From Psammoneis japonica (lineage: Eukaryota), in the NCBI GenBank assembly GCA_008632985.1, contig QPGO01000207.1, forward strand, positions 1-64,000: DNA of 64,000 bases, in the 5' to 3' direction. A program made the translations under genes and the position numbers. Positions 26,162 through 38,505 of this stretch are shown here, piece by piece. Every line of letters starts with the position of its first letter. Positions within the stretch are counted from its first letter, which is position 1. The notes beneath the pieces were generated by a model that saw only the letters and a program-made list of their open reading frames with translations, was not told where the DNA came from and made no database searches.

Positions 26162-26646
26162 ATTGATTGAAGATATCTTTGCACCGACAAGTTCAAAATA
26201 TTGACAGGACTAATACAAGACAAGATGCTGTTCAACAAGGGGAGACAGCTGACGCAGAGACAACAACACCATTGATGCAGCAGCGCACCTTGATGAACAG
26301 CAAGAAGGTCGAACAGTCAACAGTCAACAGATCAGAGCGAGACAATCAAGAACGCGCGACAGCGACGCGACCGCATGTGGCTCAGAACCTGGTTTTCGCG
26401 AATTTTCGCGCGAGTTAATCACTCCCCATCGTTCCTAAAACAATTGATACGCCTTGTACCCAGGTGTGCCAAAAACTTCAAAGCAAAACGATGGAGAGTA
26501 AAATCCCTTGGGCCGGACCGTCTTTTGTCTCTTTTGTGTTTTGTTGGTTTCAGGTTGTTGTCATCGCTCATCGCGTCGACTTGTGGTGTTGTGAAGGTTT
26601 GATACGGTAGCTGTAGAAACCAGAAGCGCTGTGATTTTGAATAAAG

Positions 26647-27072
26647 ATGGATTTCTTTGGAAAGAGTGAAGAGAAACCGCAGGGGCCAGATCCGGTCTTT
26701 GCAGGTGAGAAAAAATACCGCCGATTCCGCGAGCGTCGTACGTACAGTACTCCCTTTCAGCGTGTTCTGTGGTCCTCATCGTCTCTATTCGCGCTTTTTA
26801 CCCTTTGGATGCCCACAGCGAAGACAGAGATGGAAATGTACACAGACCTTTTCAACAAGATTGCCGCGACTTGTCACACTAAATGCGCATCGCGTAAACA
26901 CAAGGAGCCTGATTTGAGCCTTGGTGAAATGAGTTGCACGGACCGATGCGTCTCCAAGTATCTGGAAGCTCAAGAAAAAGTGGGCGCCATTCTGCAAAAA
27001 GCAAACGAAGAACAGGCTGCCCAACAGCAAAGCATGATGGAAATGCAATCGGCTATGGGACAAGGACGATAG
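26647..27072 (+). CDS. TIM10: Mitochondrial small Tim chaperone Tim10; in-frame intron 26705-26818
   Basis: EMEMYTDLFNKIAATCHTKC...DLSLGEMSCTDRCVSKY twin CX3C motif. GTGAG...CAG intron. Confidence 0.88.
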   Translation: MDFFGKSEEKPQGPDPVFAGEKKYRRFRERRTYSTPFQRVLWSSSSLFALFTLWMPTAKTEMEMYTDLFNKIAATCHTKCASRKHKEPDLSLGEMSCTDRCVSKYLEAQEKVGAILQKANEEQAAQQQSMMEMQSAMGQGR

Positions 27073-27152
27073 ATACCGTTGTAGTTCAAGAATGTGTCTT
27101 TCGCGCACTGGTGAGTTCTAGGCACGAAGAAGCCCGAGAGAACATATTATGG

Positions 27153-27571
27153 CTCTCAATCCAGAGATGGTATGAGAAGGGGAATGAAAAAGCTTAGCAA
27201 TAGTGTTCTTCTACAACTAGCCCTAGTCGGTCTTAATATCTCGGCGAACTTTTTCCAAAGTTGTACAGTACAAAGTAGACTCCTCCTGAGTTTTCGAGAC
27301 GAGTAAGTACGATCGGAGACATATTGCCGCATATCAATGCAAGTCTATTGCAACAAATGTCTCTCAATCCAGAGTTGATATGAGAAGGGGAATGACAAAA
27401 CTTGTCGATAGTTTTCGTCTACTACTAGGCCCCAGTTGGTATAAATGTCTCGACGAACTTTTCGAAATTGCTACAAAGCACAAACCAGCTCAATAAGTAG
27501 ACTACTGACTTTTCAAAAAGAACGATTATAATCGAAGACATATTGCAGAAGCAATGCAAGTCTATTGCAAC
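27153..27571. repeat. Diverged tandem duplication, period 208 bp, between convergent genes
   Basis: CTCTCAATCCAGAG...TATGAGAAGGGGAATGA...CAATGCAAGTCTATTGCAAC at 27153 and 27361. Confidence 0.9.
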
Positions 27572-27607
27572 GTGCTAGTCCCTAAAAACGGGAAGTAGCT
27601 ACCACTA

Positions 27608-30475
27608 CTAGATCTCGACACGGCTTACGCTGCCCTGTCTGGCGCTTTTCCGTGCAGTGCGCTCCACCTCCTTTCTTCGAGAGGATGACACTCCACTGCT
27701 GTCGAATATCCTTGAGGAGTTCACCCTATCATGCACTTTCTTGCGTTCAGCAGTCAAGTCCCGGACACTAGCTCTAAGCTTCTCATTCTCGGCCTTCATC
27801 TCATCCAAGCTGCGGACATGATTCATACGCGCCCGAGTACTCATGCGCTCTCGCTCCTCGGTATCTTTCACCTTTTGCTTCCAATATTCAATCTCCTGAG
27901 CTCGATTGTCGCCCTTGAGCTGTGACTTCAATTCATTGATTTGGTCTAACAACACAGCATTCTCGGCTTTCTTTTCCTTTAATTGTGCCTTGATCACACT
28001 CAATTCGTTGTTTTGAGCGGACGACAAACCATCAATGTTGCTACAAAGCTCCGCTCTTTCCATCTCGAGCCTCGATATTTCTTCAGTTTGCCAATTCAGC
28101 TTCTTCTGGAGCGAATCAATTTCATCCTCACGAGATTTTAGCTCGTTTTCCATTTCTTTCTCCATCACTTCGATACTGTCCTCGAGGCTCTTTACTTTAT
28201 TCATATAATCTCTTTCCATATCAGCCCTCGCAATTTGAGAGCTCGCCAAGTTATCCTTGAGCGTAGTGATTTCAGCATCGCGTCTCCTGTCCTTTCTCGA
28301 TGGAGTCCATGGGTGCGTCTTTCTACTTGGCCCGACACGCTCGGCACTTGAATTTGAGGAAATTGATCCGTCGGACCGGACGTCTGCAAGGTCCGCCTTG
28401 AGTCGTTTAACGAGCGTCCGTTCAGTATCTAACTCCTCCTGAAGCATCTCTAATTGGGTTGTAAGTTCTTCAATTTTTTGCTGATCCTCTTTGCTCCGCT
28501 TTTCAAACTCCCTCCACGACTCTCCTGGAGATGATGAGGAATTCGTAGCTGTCAGTGCAGCGATTTCAGCTCTCAGTTCTCCAACAAGCACTGAATCATG
28601 TTGGACTTTCTCTTCCAGTACTCGTACACGCTCCTGTTCATTTTCCAGTTTTGCTTCCAAATCTTGATAGTCTAGCGTAACCTCTTCGGAAGCAACGAAG
28701 GACGAGTTGCTCAGTCCTGAACAGAAGCTGCTGTTCTTGATAGCTTCCCTCTCAAAATATGCCGCAACTTGTTTTACAGGTGTTCGCGCAGGTGATTGAA
28801 TCGGCTGCGGAGAATCGTAACCGGATGTTGATCGGGTTAACCTCCGAACTTTCGGTGTCGACGGAGGGGACTGCTCTGAGCGAAACAAAGACCTCGCAGT
28901 CGAGGTCTTGGGAGGGTTGGCACCGCGCAGAGTCGATAACTCAAGTGCCATTTTTGCAGCAGCATCGGACTCGCTTTCCAACTTTTTGTTCAGGTCCTGG
29001 ATCTTTTCGTAGAGCGCGCTGTTCTGTGCACGAAGGGAGTCGACCTCTGCGATTTGCTCCATTATGTTCTGAGAGGTTTTCTTCTCGTAAGCTTCTCGCT
29101 GGGTTGCAACGTTGACAAGCTGCGCGTCTTTTTCTCCTGACAATTCAAGCTCCTTGTTAAGCTTCTTCTTTAGATCCTGCACCTCGTTAGTGAGTTTCTC
29201 TGCGATTTCTTGTTCGCATTCGAGACATCTATTGAGACGATCGATTTCGCTTTGTTTCGTTTCTATGATGCTCCTTAACTCAGAAGCAATTGAATCAGTT
29301 TTCCCAGACTCATCATTCAGAGCTTCTTGCGCATTTTCCAGCTCGGTCTGTTTCGTTTCAATTTGCAGCCTGTACTCAGTGGCCATATCTTCAGCTCTCC
29401 GAAGTCCTTCCTTAGCTTCTTCATTAGCGTGACGAAGCTCTTCTTGAGTATCTTCAAGCTCTTTTTCGCACTCATCGAGGGCATCCTCTAAACGGGAGAC
29501 CTGTAATTCTAAAGAATCGCGTACCTCGGCCAATTCGGACTCTAGTCTCTCTGCTTTCGCTTCCGATGATTTTGCCCATTCCTCCATCGCGTCCTTCTCG
29601 ACTCTTTGGTTCTCCCCCAGACATACCTTTGCATTCAAGTCGTCGATCGTGGACTGCAAGTCTAAGGATTTTTTCGATTCCCTTTCGACCTGTTTTTTCA
29701 GGCGCACAATCTCGTCAAGAAGCGAAGCCTTTTGTCCTTCCATTTCAATCATTGAGTCGTTCAACTCTCCCATTTCGTGCTGCTGGCGTTCAATGGTTTC
29801 ATCCTTCGATGAGCTTTCTGCTTTCAATTGCTCCAGTTGAAGTTCATGCTTTCCACTTATTACTTGTAGGTCAGACTTGGCTGTTGTGGCAACCTCTCCC
29901 GCGTCCGCGAGCTGAACTCTAACTTCGGATACTTCCTCGAGCAACGATACCTTCTCGTTCTCAAGATCGGAAAGTTTCACTTGCATTTCCTTCATGCGAC
30001 CATGAAAATCTTCTTTCACTTTTTTCATTTCAGATATGTGAACATTTCTAAACTCCTGTAACTGCTTGTCAAGCGTAACACAGTTCGCCTTCAAGGCGTC
30101 GGCTGATTCCGCTTTTTCTCTGAGCTCTGCAGCTTGCTTTTCACTCGTTTCAAGTTGCTGTCTGAGCTCATCAGTGACTCCATGGTTTTCCTTGGCAATC
30201 GATGATAACTGGTTCATAAAGTCGAGCTCGAGCTTTGCCTTTTCGTCCGTGACCTGTGCCAGTTGTTTCTTTTCCTGTGCCAGTTGCTTCTTGAGTTGGT
30301 GAAGTTCGTCTTTATCTGACTCGTCTTCCGAAGGAGTACGACTGCTGCTCACTGTCTCTGCTTCCCCTTCCTCTAACTCTTTCACGCGCTTCCGGAGCTG
30401 TGACACCATTTCTCGGAGACTGTCGACATTGTCGCCTTTCCCCGAATCGTTGTTGTTTGTCGTGAAACGAAGCAT
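27608..30475 (-). CDS. Long coiled-coil protein, function unknown
   Basis: 955-aa E/K/L-rich heptad ORF with S/P-rich linkers. Confidence 0.85.
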   Translation of the reverse strand: MLRFTTNNNDSGKGDNVDSLREMVSQLRKRVKELEEGEAETVSSSRTPSEDESDKDELHQLKKQLAQEKKQLAQVTDEKAKLELDFMNQLSSIAKENHGVTDELRQQLETSEKQAAELREKAESADALKANCVTLDKQLQEFRNVHISEMKKVKEDFHGRMKEMQVKLSDLENEKVSLLEEVSEVRVQLADAGEVATTAKSDLQVISGKHELQLEQLKAESSSKDETIERQQHEMGELNDSMIEMEGQKASLLDEIVRLKKQVERESKKSLDLQSTIDDLNAKVCLGENQRVEKDAMEEWAKSSEAKAERLESELAEVRDSLELQVSRLEDALDECEKELEDTQEELRHANEEAKEGLRRAEDMATEYRLQIETKQTELENAQEALNDESGKTDSIASELRSIIETKQSEIDRLNRCLECEQEIAEKLTNEVQDLKKKLNKELELSGEKDAQLVNVATQREAYEKKTSQNIMEQIAEVDSLRAQNSALYEKIQDLNKKLESESDAAAKMALELSTLRGANPPKTSTARSLFRSEQSPPSTPKVRRLTRSTSGYDSPQPIQSPARTPVKQVAAYFEREAIKNSSFCSGLSNSSFVASEEVTLDYQDLEAKLENEQERVRVLEEKVQHDSVLVGELRAEIAALTATNSSSSPGESWREFEKRSKEDQQKIEELTTQLEMLQEELDTERTLVKRLKADLADVRSDGSISSNSSAERVGPSRKTHPWTPSRKDRRRDAEITTLKDNLASSQIARADMERDYMNKVKSLEDSIEVMEKEMENELKSREDEIDSLQKKLNWQTEEISRLEMERAELCSNIDGLSSAQNNELSVIKAQLKEKKAENAVLLDQINELKSQLKGDNRAQEIEYWKQKVKDTEERERMSTRARMNHVRSLDEMKAENEKLRASVRDLTAERKKVHDRVNSSRIFDSSGVSSSRRKEVERTARKSARQGSVSRVEI

Positions 30476-31189
30476 GATGTTTCAGACCCGGGCTCAGATT
30501 CTTGCAATCAATACGGATCGAGCAGCTCTTTTATTCTTTTCAATACAACGTCCCTAGCGGTACGTAAGTCCTTAAGTTTCTTTACAATTAGATTAGTATG
30601 TGCAAATGCCGCCTTGCTTCATTGACACTCTGCACTTCCAATGCTGTTCGTGGTTTATGATGCCCCCAACACTCCTTTGGCGAAGAGGAGGCCACGACTT
30701 GAGCGATGCGACAAGCGAAAAGACGCGAAGTGTGTCGCGGTTTTGAAATCATGCATGATCGCGATGTTGTCGTTGCAAACCAGTGTAAACACGGAGCAGC
30801 AGTCGTGCTGGAACATGTTCGAGCATGAATATTTTTCAAAAACACTAATCACTATTCATTCCTGAAGGATTTTTTTTTAGTAAGAATCAACTAACGACTA
30901 AGAATTTTCATGTCTTTTGTTCGGAGTATGATAGAATTTGATTCTAATAAGCATTGTATATTTGTTCATTCTCGCAGAAAAAGAGCGCGGGCGCCTTTTA
31001 TCTTTTATCGCTCTTGCGTCGTTCAGAATTCTCTCGCGTCTCGCGTCCGAAGAAGATCTGGAGATCTTGGACCTTCGCTTGGACCTTGAGCGCATTGAGC
31101 ATCTTGTGACAAAGCGATTGGCGACAGCCAGGGAAACAATAAACAACACCTACCGTAATTCGATCTTCCATCATCGTGATACTCAGACC

Positions 31190-31738
31190 ATGGGTCGCTA
31201 CTGCTGTGATTGTGAAAGCTACCTGTACCGGTCGGATTTCAGCAGCAATCAGTGGCGGAAAGGAGAAGGACTTTCTCGCTGCAAAAATTGCGTTGCGGGA
31301 TATCAAGGCGGAGAGTCCTACGACTACCCGAGTTATCAGTGTCGCGAGTGTAATCGATACTTCGGCAATCAGAATGAGCTGAAGATGCACATGCAAGTGC
31401 ACCGTCCAAGGGAAGTGTCGTGTCCTGTCTGCGGAGAAACCAGGTTCCGTTCTGGCGCAAACGCTGTTCAGCATGTGGAGAGCGGCTACTGCAGCGGATG
31501 CCGTGGTAAAGACAACGCACGCCAACAAATCTATCGATTTGCCTCGTCAAAGTCATCAATGAAACCTTTCTTATCAGGAACACCCATGATCACATATGAT
31601 GGGACCCACAGTTCTGGAGCTGTTCCGGAATATCCGTACCACTGTCCGGAATGCTCCAAAGCTTTCAGGCAGCTAAGTCAGCTCCTGCAGCATCAAGACG
31701 CCAAACACAATAACACGCGAATGCTTGGTTACTATTAA
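31190..31738 (+). CDS. Zinc-finger protein (Stc1-like Cys domain plus C2H2 fingers)
   Basis: CCDC...FSSNQW...CKNC, CRECNRYF...LKMHMQVH, CPECSKAFRQLSQLLQHQDAKH. Confidence 0.8.
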   Translation: MGRYCCDCESYLYRSDFSSNQWRKGEGLSRCKNCVAGYQGGESYDYPSYQCRECNRYFGNQNELKMHMQVHRPREVSCPVCGETRFRSGANAVQHVESGYCSGCRGKDNARQQIYRFASSKSSMKPFLSGTPMITYDGTHSSGAVPEYPYHCPECSKAFRQLSQLLQHQDAKHNNTRMLGYY

Positions 31739-31920
31739 TGGAATACCGAAAAGGACACACTCAAGTTGACATTTCAAAACCTTTAGACTCAATGAATTCA
31801 ATCGATCTACCTAGAAAGAGCAATCTCAGTTTTCGATATAGAGAATAACGTAACATTATAATATGTGTATAACGATTTTTGGAACAGGTTATCAATCGAT
31901 TCGATGGCCTGAATTACGGA

Positions 31921-33362
31921 TTAGGTCGATGATATCCGGTCCATGAAGATTGCAATGTGCCGAGCTAGAATTCTTGCGGTCCGTTCATCGTCATCTGTGA
32001 AGCTCGTATCCACAAGCTTTGAACCGCGTTTCGCGTGTTTGTTGTGAAAGTCAAGGACGGCAACAACCTGCCCGTCTTCTGAAATTACTGGTGCGCAGAG
32101 TTGTGATTTACTCACTCCAAATCCGCCGTCACTACAATGATTGTCCACAACAACCTTTTGACATTTCTCACAATGCTTCACCAATGAGTGACCTTCAACG
32201 TCCTGCAGCAACTTTAACTCGGGCTTTTGAGCATTCTCATCGTACGTATACCCGATTGGGATGTTTGTTGGTGACTTGAGATATACAACACACCCTTCGC
32301 AACCCATCGATGCTTCACCATGCTCATGCTCAGACAAAATGGACGATAGCATTCCCTCCAGATCTTTCGCATGTTTTTGTCGGTCGTGCGCTTCCAAATC
32401 GACAAACATCAGTGAAGTCGCTCCAAGTAAGCAACCAAAAATAACTCCCATCACCCCTCCAGCCATGGCTATGTTTCGAGAAATTGGCAATTGTCGCTGA
32501 GCAGCTGACAGGTTTGAAGCCTTCATCAGCTTCATCCTTTCCAGGAATCGCTCGAGTGTTCCACCAAACACGACGCCACTGTCAACAAGAAAAACTCTTG
32601 TGAATAAAAAGGCGTAACAAAGTTTTAAGACTGCAGAAAACAACGAGACAAATCCTCACCTGACATCAGAAACAACCTGACCCATGGCTGCTGCCGTAAG
32701 CGTTGCAAGTCCGAACTGAACCCCAAGAGTGGCATCAATATAACCGCCTGCTTGAATCATGATAAAATTGTCCATAAACCCAAATCCTTTCCGATAACGA
32801 AATTCAAAAAAGTCCAAGAATCACACGACGGAAGCGAAATGCAACAAAACGGAAGCAAGCAATGAGAGTTAGTAACCTACTAGTGTATGTACTTCATATT
32901 GATTTGGAGTCCACGTCTCCACCTACCAACCATCTGTTACAATTAAAAACGTGAAATCGAGAGTTAGTGACTTGATAATGCGCAGAAAAATACCACGTGA
33001 GTGCATCTTCTTCAACGTACCGGTATCGCAGATGACACAAACAAAGTCTTGAGTTGACTTGTCGTTGGTAATGGCACAGAGGGTGTGACAGGCTCAGCAC
33101 CCCCAATGATATGTGCTGCAGCTGCACCAGCGGCGTGTGGATCTACCGCGGATGAATGTATTCCATGGTTGCTCGATGTCGCTGAAGCAGCCTTGGATGA
33201 TGATGACGACGCTGCGGCATGAACAACTCTCCTTTCAAGAACTGCGGGTCTAAATCTCGAACACATCGCAATTCCGATGTTCCCGAACGGATTATGACTA
33301 CCTCTAGCAATAGTTAGTGCCCTCTTGCGAGATTCCGAAATAATTCTGCTTGGAAAGCTCAT
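31921..33362 (-). CDS. TMEM65: TMEM65-family protein with C-terminal GAF-like domain; exons 33362-33021, 32933-32927, 32786-32660, 32578-31921
   Basis: Spliced AIP|MVG|FGFMDNFIMIQAGGYID...AAAMGQVVSDVSG. C-terminus SQLCAPV...VVAVLDFHNK...FTDDDE. Confidence 0.8.
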
Positions 33363-33934
33363 GGTATGTCGCAATTCTCGTTCCTTCAGGGCCTTCCTTC
33401 GTCCTTCGTGATGTGTGATCATGATGCTCGTTCTCGTTGCTCGAGACTCGAAGAGCAAGCGATGTCGGTGATGATAGATGCGCCTGCCACGTAGCCTACG
33501 GCTTTTTGACGTATGTAGGATTTGTATGGAATTGTATGCTGTGAACACTTACTACGGTCTGTACTGTACTGTACGTACAGTACGTGGTTTCCCGCCATAA
33601 GATCCATCCGGCGCCGCGCCGGCCGTGTCCTTCATTCAGAAAAAGTCCGACTGCCGTTAAATAAAATAATAGTTGACGTCATATCTTAAACTTTTCCTAG
33701 AGGTTTGATACATTGAATGATCCCCAAATTGCCGATCGGCGATGCGCGGGCTTTTTTGTTTTCGTTGTTCGACTGTTCGAGACAGAAAAAAATGACCGTC
33801 ACAAAAGCTACCGTAAAGGTAAAGGTTACCGGTAGAAGAGTGAGAGTCGATCAAAGTTGACTCATCACTAGGCCCTATCCATACTTTTCCGCATTTGCGA
33901 CTATTATTATAGCATAAGATTCTTGACAGCCACG

Positions 33935-35478
33935 ATGGATGTTGAAAAACAAGAACAAGAAGAAGAAGAAGAGAAGAAATTCGACGAGGAGGATGAAACT
34001 GAAATGCGGCATGTCTTCAGGCTGGCGACCCCGCCGGTTCTTTGGGATCCCACGGCTTTTGGAAAGATAACAAAGTTGAACCTGGCGGATAGTGGTCTGA
34101 GTTCGCTCCCATCCTCCCTACCAGAAATCGTTCCAAACCTGAGCATCCTTTTCTGCCCTAGAAATCTGTTTCGTGAGCTTCCCGCCGTTGTTGGATCGTG
34201 CCCCAAGTTGCAGGTATGGTAGAAACAGAGTTGCCAAATCTAGATATCGTTACTCATGAACCAGAAGGACAGTGAGCTCAAATTACATTGCTTTTTCACG
34301 TTGCAGATGATCTCCTTCAAAACAAATGGGATGAAAACCATTCATCCTGAGGCATTGCAAGCACAATTGAGATGGTTGATTTTGACTGACAATTCTCTGG
34401 ATTCTGTTCCGCCTACAATTGGTCGATGCCGTAGGCTTCAAAAGCTTATGTTGAGTGGAAATAGTCTCGAAGATCTACCGGAAGAGATCTCCAGTTGCAC
34501 CAGGCTAGAACTTGTTCGTCTCGCATCCAACAATCTGGCAGAGGTGAGGAACGAAGCGGACGGCTAGCAGTTATGTTCTTGCACTCTCTCTCTTTAAACT
34601 TACAATTCTTCTCTCGTTGCTATTATGTTTTGTAGCCTCCCATGCCATTGCTCGGCTTGCCAAACTTGTCGTGGGTAGGACTCTCTGGTAATCCTTTTCT
34701 CTCCATGGGCTCCGACGCCGTAACCCATCCCGACTTGGAAGTCTTTGATGACGCCCATCTTGACGACCCAGGCTGCGGTGAGATTCTTGGCACTGGAGCC
34801 AGCGGTATTACGAAACGAACCACGTTGAACAATAAACTAGTTGCTGTAAAGAATTACTGCAACACTGCCATCACGTCGGATGGCGATCCGGCCGAAGAAC
34901 GTCGCTTGTCACTTGCAGCCTCGTCCTTGAAATGCGAATGCCTGATCCAAGTCTTGGGAAAGACACCAAAAGGATCGCTAGTAATGGAACTTCTTCCTAA
35001 CTACACGGCTTTGGCCGGTCCTCCTAGCTTTGAATCCTGTTCTCGTGACGTCTACAGCAGTGACGCGACCATGAGTGTTTCACAGGCGGTGGCAATGGTT
35101 TCGGGACTCTTGACGGCAATGACCAGGCTGCACGAGAATGGGATTAGCCATGGAGACTTTTACGGTCACAATATTTTAGTATCTCAGGACGACCCGACCA
35201 AGGTGAAGCTTTCTGATTTCGGTGCTGCATTTTTCTACAGTCACGCAACTGACTACGGAGCTCTGGTTGAACGAATCGAAATGAGGGCGTTTGGTCACTT
35301 GATCTCTGAAGTAAAGGATTTAGTTTCGAGGAATAACGAAGAAGATGCAATTGCAAGTCTATGCTGTGTTTTGGATGACTTGGCGATGGCGTGTCATGAT
35401 CAAGACAACACTTTTGCTTTTCTCGAAGAGAAGTGGCGCAAAGACATCGATCAGAAGATAACCCCGTTGAACGTGTAA
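33935..35478 (+). CDS. LRR plus protein-kinase-like protein; exons 33935-34213, 34307-34543, 34636-35478
   Basis: LRRs (LRWLILTDN, LQKLMLSGN), then LGTGASG, VAVK, ITSDG.P.EE, HGDFYGHN, DFG. Confidence 0.88.
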
Positions 35479-35641
35479 AATAGAAGAGCCAGTACAAAAT
35501 GTATAGTACTACCCAAACATACCTCAACGCGACAGATCGCATTATTTTCAATTTTTGTCTCTCTCAGAGTCTAGTCTTTGAGTTCGGATCGGATTGTTCG
35601 GAAATGTGAAAGCGCTTCCTGTCGCGCCGCGCGACACGTGC

Positions 35642-35655
35642 TTTGGCGCGCCAAA
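35642..35655. promoter_or_regulatory. Palindromic E2F-like site upstream of SLD5
   Basis: TTTGGCGCGCCAAA matches TTTSSCGC on both strands, ~115 bp before the ATG. Confidence 0.5.
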
Positions 35656-35768
35656 AAGCTGAGCAGTGGCAGGAAGCGTCGACTGCCTCATCTTCTCTGA
35701 CAACATACAACAAGACAGCATCATACCGTAAGCAGCTGCTGTACTTACTTCTCACTTCAATCGAAAAC

Positions 35769-36751
35769 ATGGCTGATCTACATAACTTGCTTGGAGAGCT
35801 AGAAGAAGACGATGCGTCGGTGTTTGATGATGTGTCGGCGCAAGAGCCGCAAGAGCCTTTTGTGGAGACGGATAACCGGCGTGAGCCCGAGGTACCAGCG
35901 GTACTTGCACAAGCCGAACGTGAACAGTTCCGTCCCGTTCCTGAAGACGATGATTTAAGCGACGTCGAAAAGGATATGAGTGGGCAAGATGAAGATATGC
36001 TTCTGGACAAGACGGAAGACGTCGACTATGCTCAGCTGAAAAGGTTCTGGACTCAAGAATTGAACTGCCCCGAGCTTATGCATTACAACGCTGAAACCGT
36101 AGGGCTTCACATGGAATTGTTAGAGGGTCAGGAAGAGTCCATCGACAAGCTTTTGGACCAAGCCTCCTCATCCGGGCTCAATCGAAGCAACAGGTCGGAC
36201 CAAAACTTGACGTCGCTTGTTGCAAGCATTTACAAAATGGATTCTGACCGAGTTCGATTTATGCTGACAGATGTAGCGCGTACCCGCTTAAACAAAATCG
36301 AACAACACGCTCTCCACATGAGGGATATGATCGACCGTATGAGCGAAGAAGAGGTACGGCTTTTATCTAGTGCTTCTTTACTACATTTTGCGAGGCCTGA
36401 CGTCGCTTATTTCTTTCCTGAACCTTTGCGTTACAGATGTCGTATTTAAAGCAGTACGGGGAATTGCTTGAGCGTCATCTCCGACGCTCAGTTCTAGACC
36501 ATTTTCCCAAGGACGTGTGGAAGAAATTGGACGATCCAGAAATGATCGATTCTCCGGATTTGGACGAGTTTGTCTTTTGCAAGGTACTCGAGACGGTGGA
36601 AATCGACAACAGCGACAAAAAGGCTGAACAGGATGATAAGGACGAACTGATTGACAACATCCAAGAGCATAAAGAGGGAGCGTGCTTGATTGCACGATAC
36701 AGTGCCATTCAAGATTTAGTTTTAGAAGGAAAGATTGAATTGCTGATGTGA
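35769..36751 (+). CDS. SLD5: GINS complex subunit Sld5; intron 36354-36436
   Basis: WTQELNCPELM, MDSDRVRFML...RTRLNKIE, MSEEE, PDLDEFVFCKV, ARYSAIQDLVLEGKIELL. Confidence 0.9.
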
Positions 36752-38505
36752 ACGAAGCGGGACGATGGGTGGTCCTTCGGTCAAGCTCAAGCGAGACGTC
36801 GAATTCTGCGTCATTCTCTCTAGACTATCATCATGATTTGATCAAAAATGTACTGTTATATTAGGAACTTAGCAACATACTGTACAGTTTCATTGACTCT
36901 CGCTGTTGTTAGGCTTTAGTTCAGATGCTCCTCATCATAGTTATCGCGCTCCGCCGCCCGAAAGATCGCACGCAGCTGTGAGACCCAGGCCTTAAGTAAA
37001 TCCAAACTGGCGAGGCAGGCGCGCTCCGGATGAGCGCACAGACCATCACCGTGGTGACAACACGGAGAATTTGTCAAAAACCCGCCGGAGCCGACGATGA
37101 CATTGACGCGGCAGACAAGGTGTCTAAACATTCGTCGTTTTTTGGACCATTGCAACAGAAGCTCCATTAGACCCTCATAGATGCACGGTTGTGATCATCC
37201 ATTCGGAGACGTCCATTTTGGTGAGAAACATTGAAGCGTGCCGTTTCGCTTTGTTGTGACGCGATGACACGTGCCGATTCTTCACACGCCCGCCACCAAC
37301 CGGATTTCCAGCACCAGCTGTGTTGAACTCCGACTTTATAAAAAGGCAAGTAAATAAAAAATCAAAATGGTGTTATCAATGTGTCCAAGGCTCACCAGTT
37401 GTTGTCTCACTCAACTCTCTTGCCTCCGCAGCCAATTCTTGTTGTCTTTCTAGAGCATGAGCACATCGACGAATCCAACATCGTCGTCACATCGTCAAAC
37501 CCATTTGAGCAATGGTATTGACTAGACGAATATTTTTAAGACGTTGGTAAAGCAACTGTAATGCATTCAGCCAAGTGTTCTTAAATGGGAGAGAGTCGGG
37601 CGGATGGGAGTTAAAATGCAGAATGAAGTTGGCGTGCGGTTCAAGAAAGAAGCATTCAAACAACGTTGACAATATTATTCTGATGCTGCTATTCTATAGA
37701 ATGATAAATAGTAGTGAGTATTGCTCCTCCCTGGCTCGTATCTACTCTAGATTCATCGCAAAGAGACAAATGTCAAATCTCAAAATAGAAAAGTGTGGCT
37801 TGTAAATGAGTATTCATGGATTGCTTCGCCAATTTATAGCATTAAAGAGGTCAAATATAGTAGTCAGGAAGCCAGCCATGGATTAGAGAATAGAATATAG
37901 CCATGAAATAGGTCTTGTGTTGATGTTATCATCTAATCTCGGTGTCGAGAAAGGGTCAATTTCCAAATTTCCCTTCATCGTACAGTGAGTCACGTGTCTT
38001 GAACCCCGTATGACCCGCTCGACTCAAAGTTTTGGAAATTTTAGCTAGACTTTGACCCCCGAGAGAGCCACAAAATACTCAAGATATGAGCATTATCGGT
38101 CTCATACTCTTTAAACCGATGTCTTACGAGAATGTTATAGGTATGTATTGTTAATGGTATCTGGTATTTGAAAATAGAACTAACTTTTCGTGGAGCACCT
38201 TTATTACACGGGAAAGTGCGAGAGTCCATTTTCAGTGATTGGGTAGTAACTAACGTTCACCCCCATTCTAGGCCCCCAAAAGTGTCGTGAACTTCGTATC
38301 TGTATACTGTTAGTCGATCGAAGTGGGTATTTGGTTAAAAACGGGGGGTTAATTTTTACACGTGGCATCATGGAGCTGGGACGGAAAGCAGCACGTACGA
38401 AAGATTTTCAATTTTGGATTTTCATTTTTCATTCATCGTTCACAGTTCACAGTGTCTCCGTTCACTCTCCTTGTGCTCGCTTCTCTCGTTGTCCAAGAAC
38501 CCACC

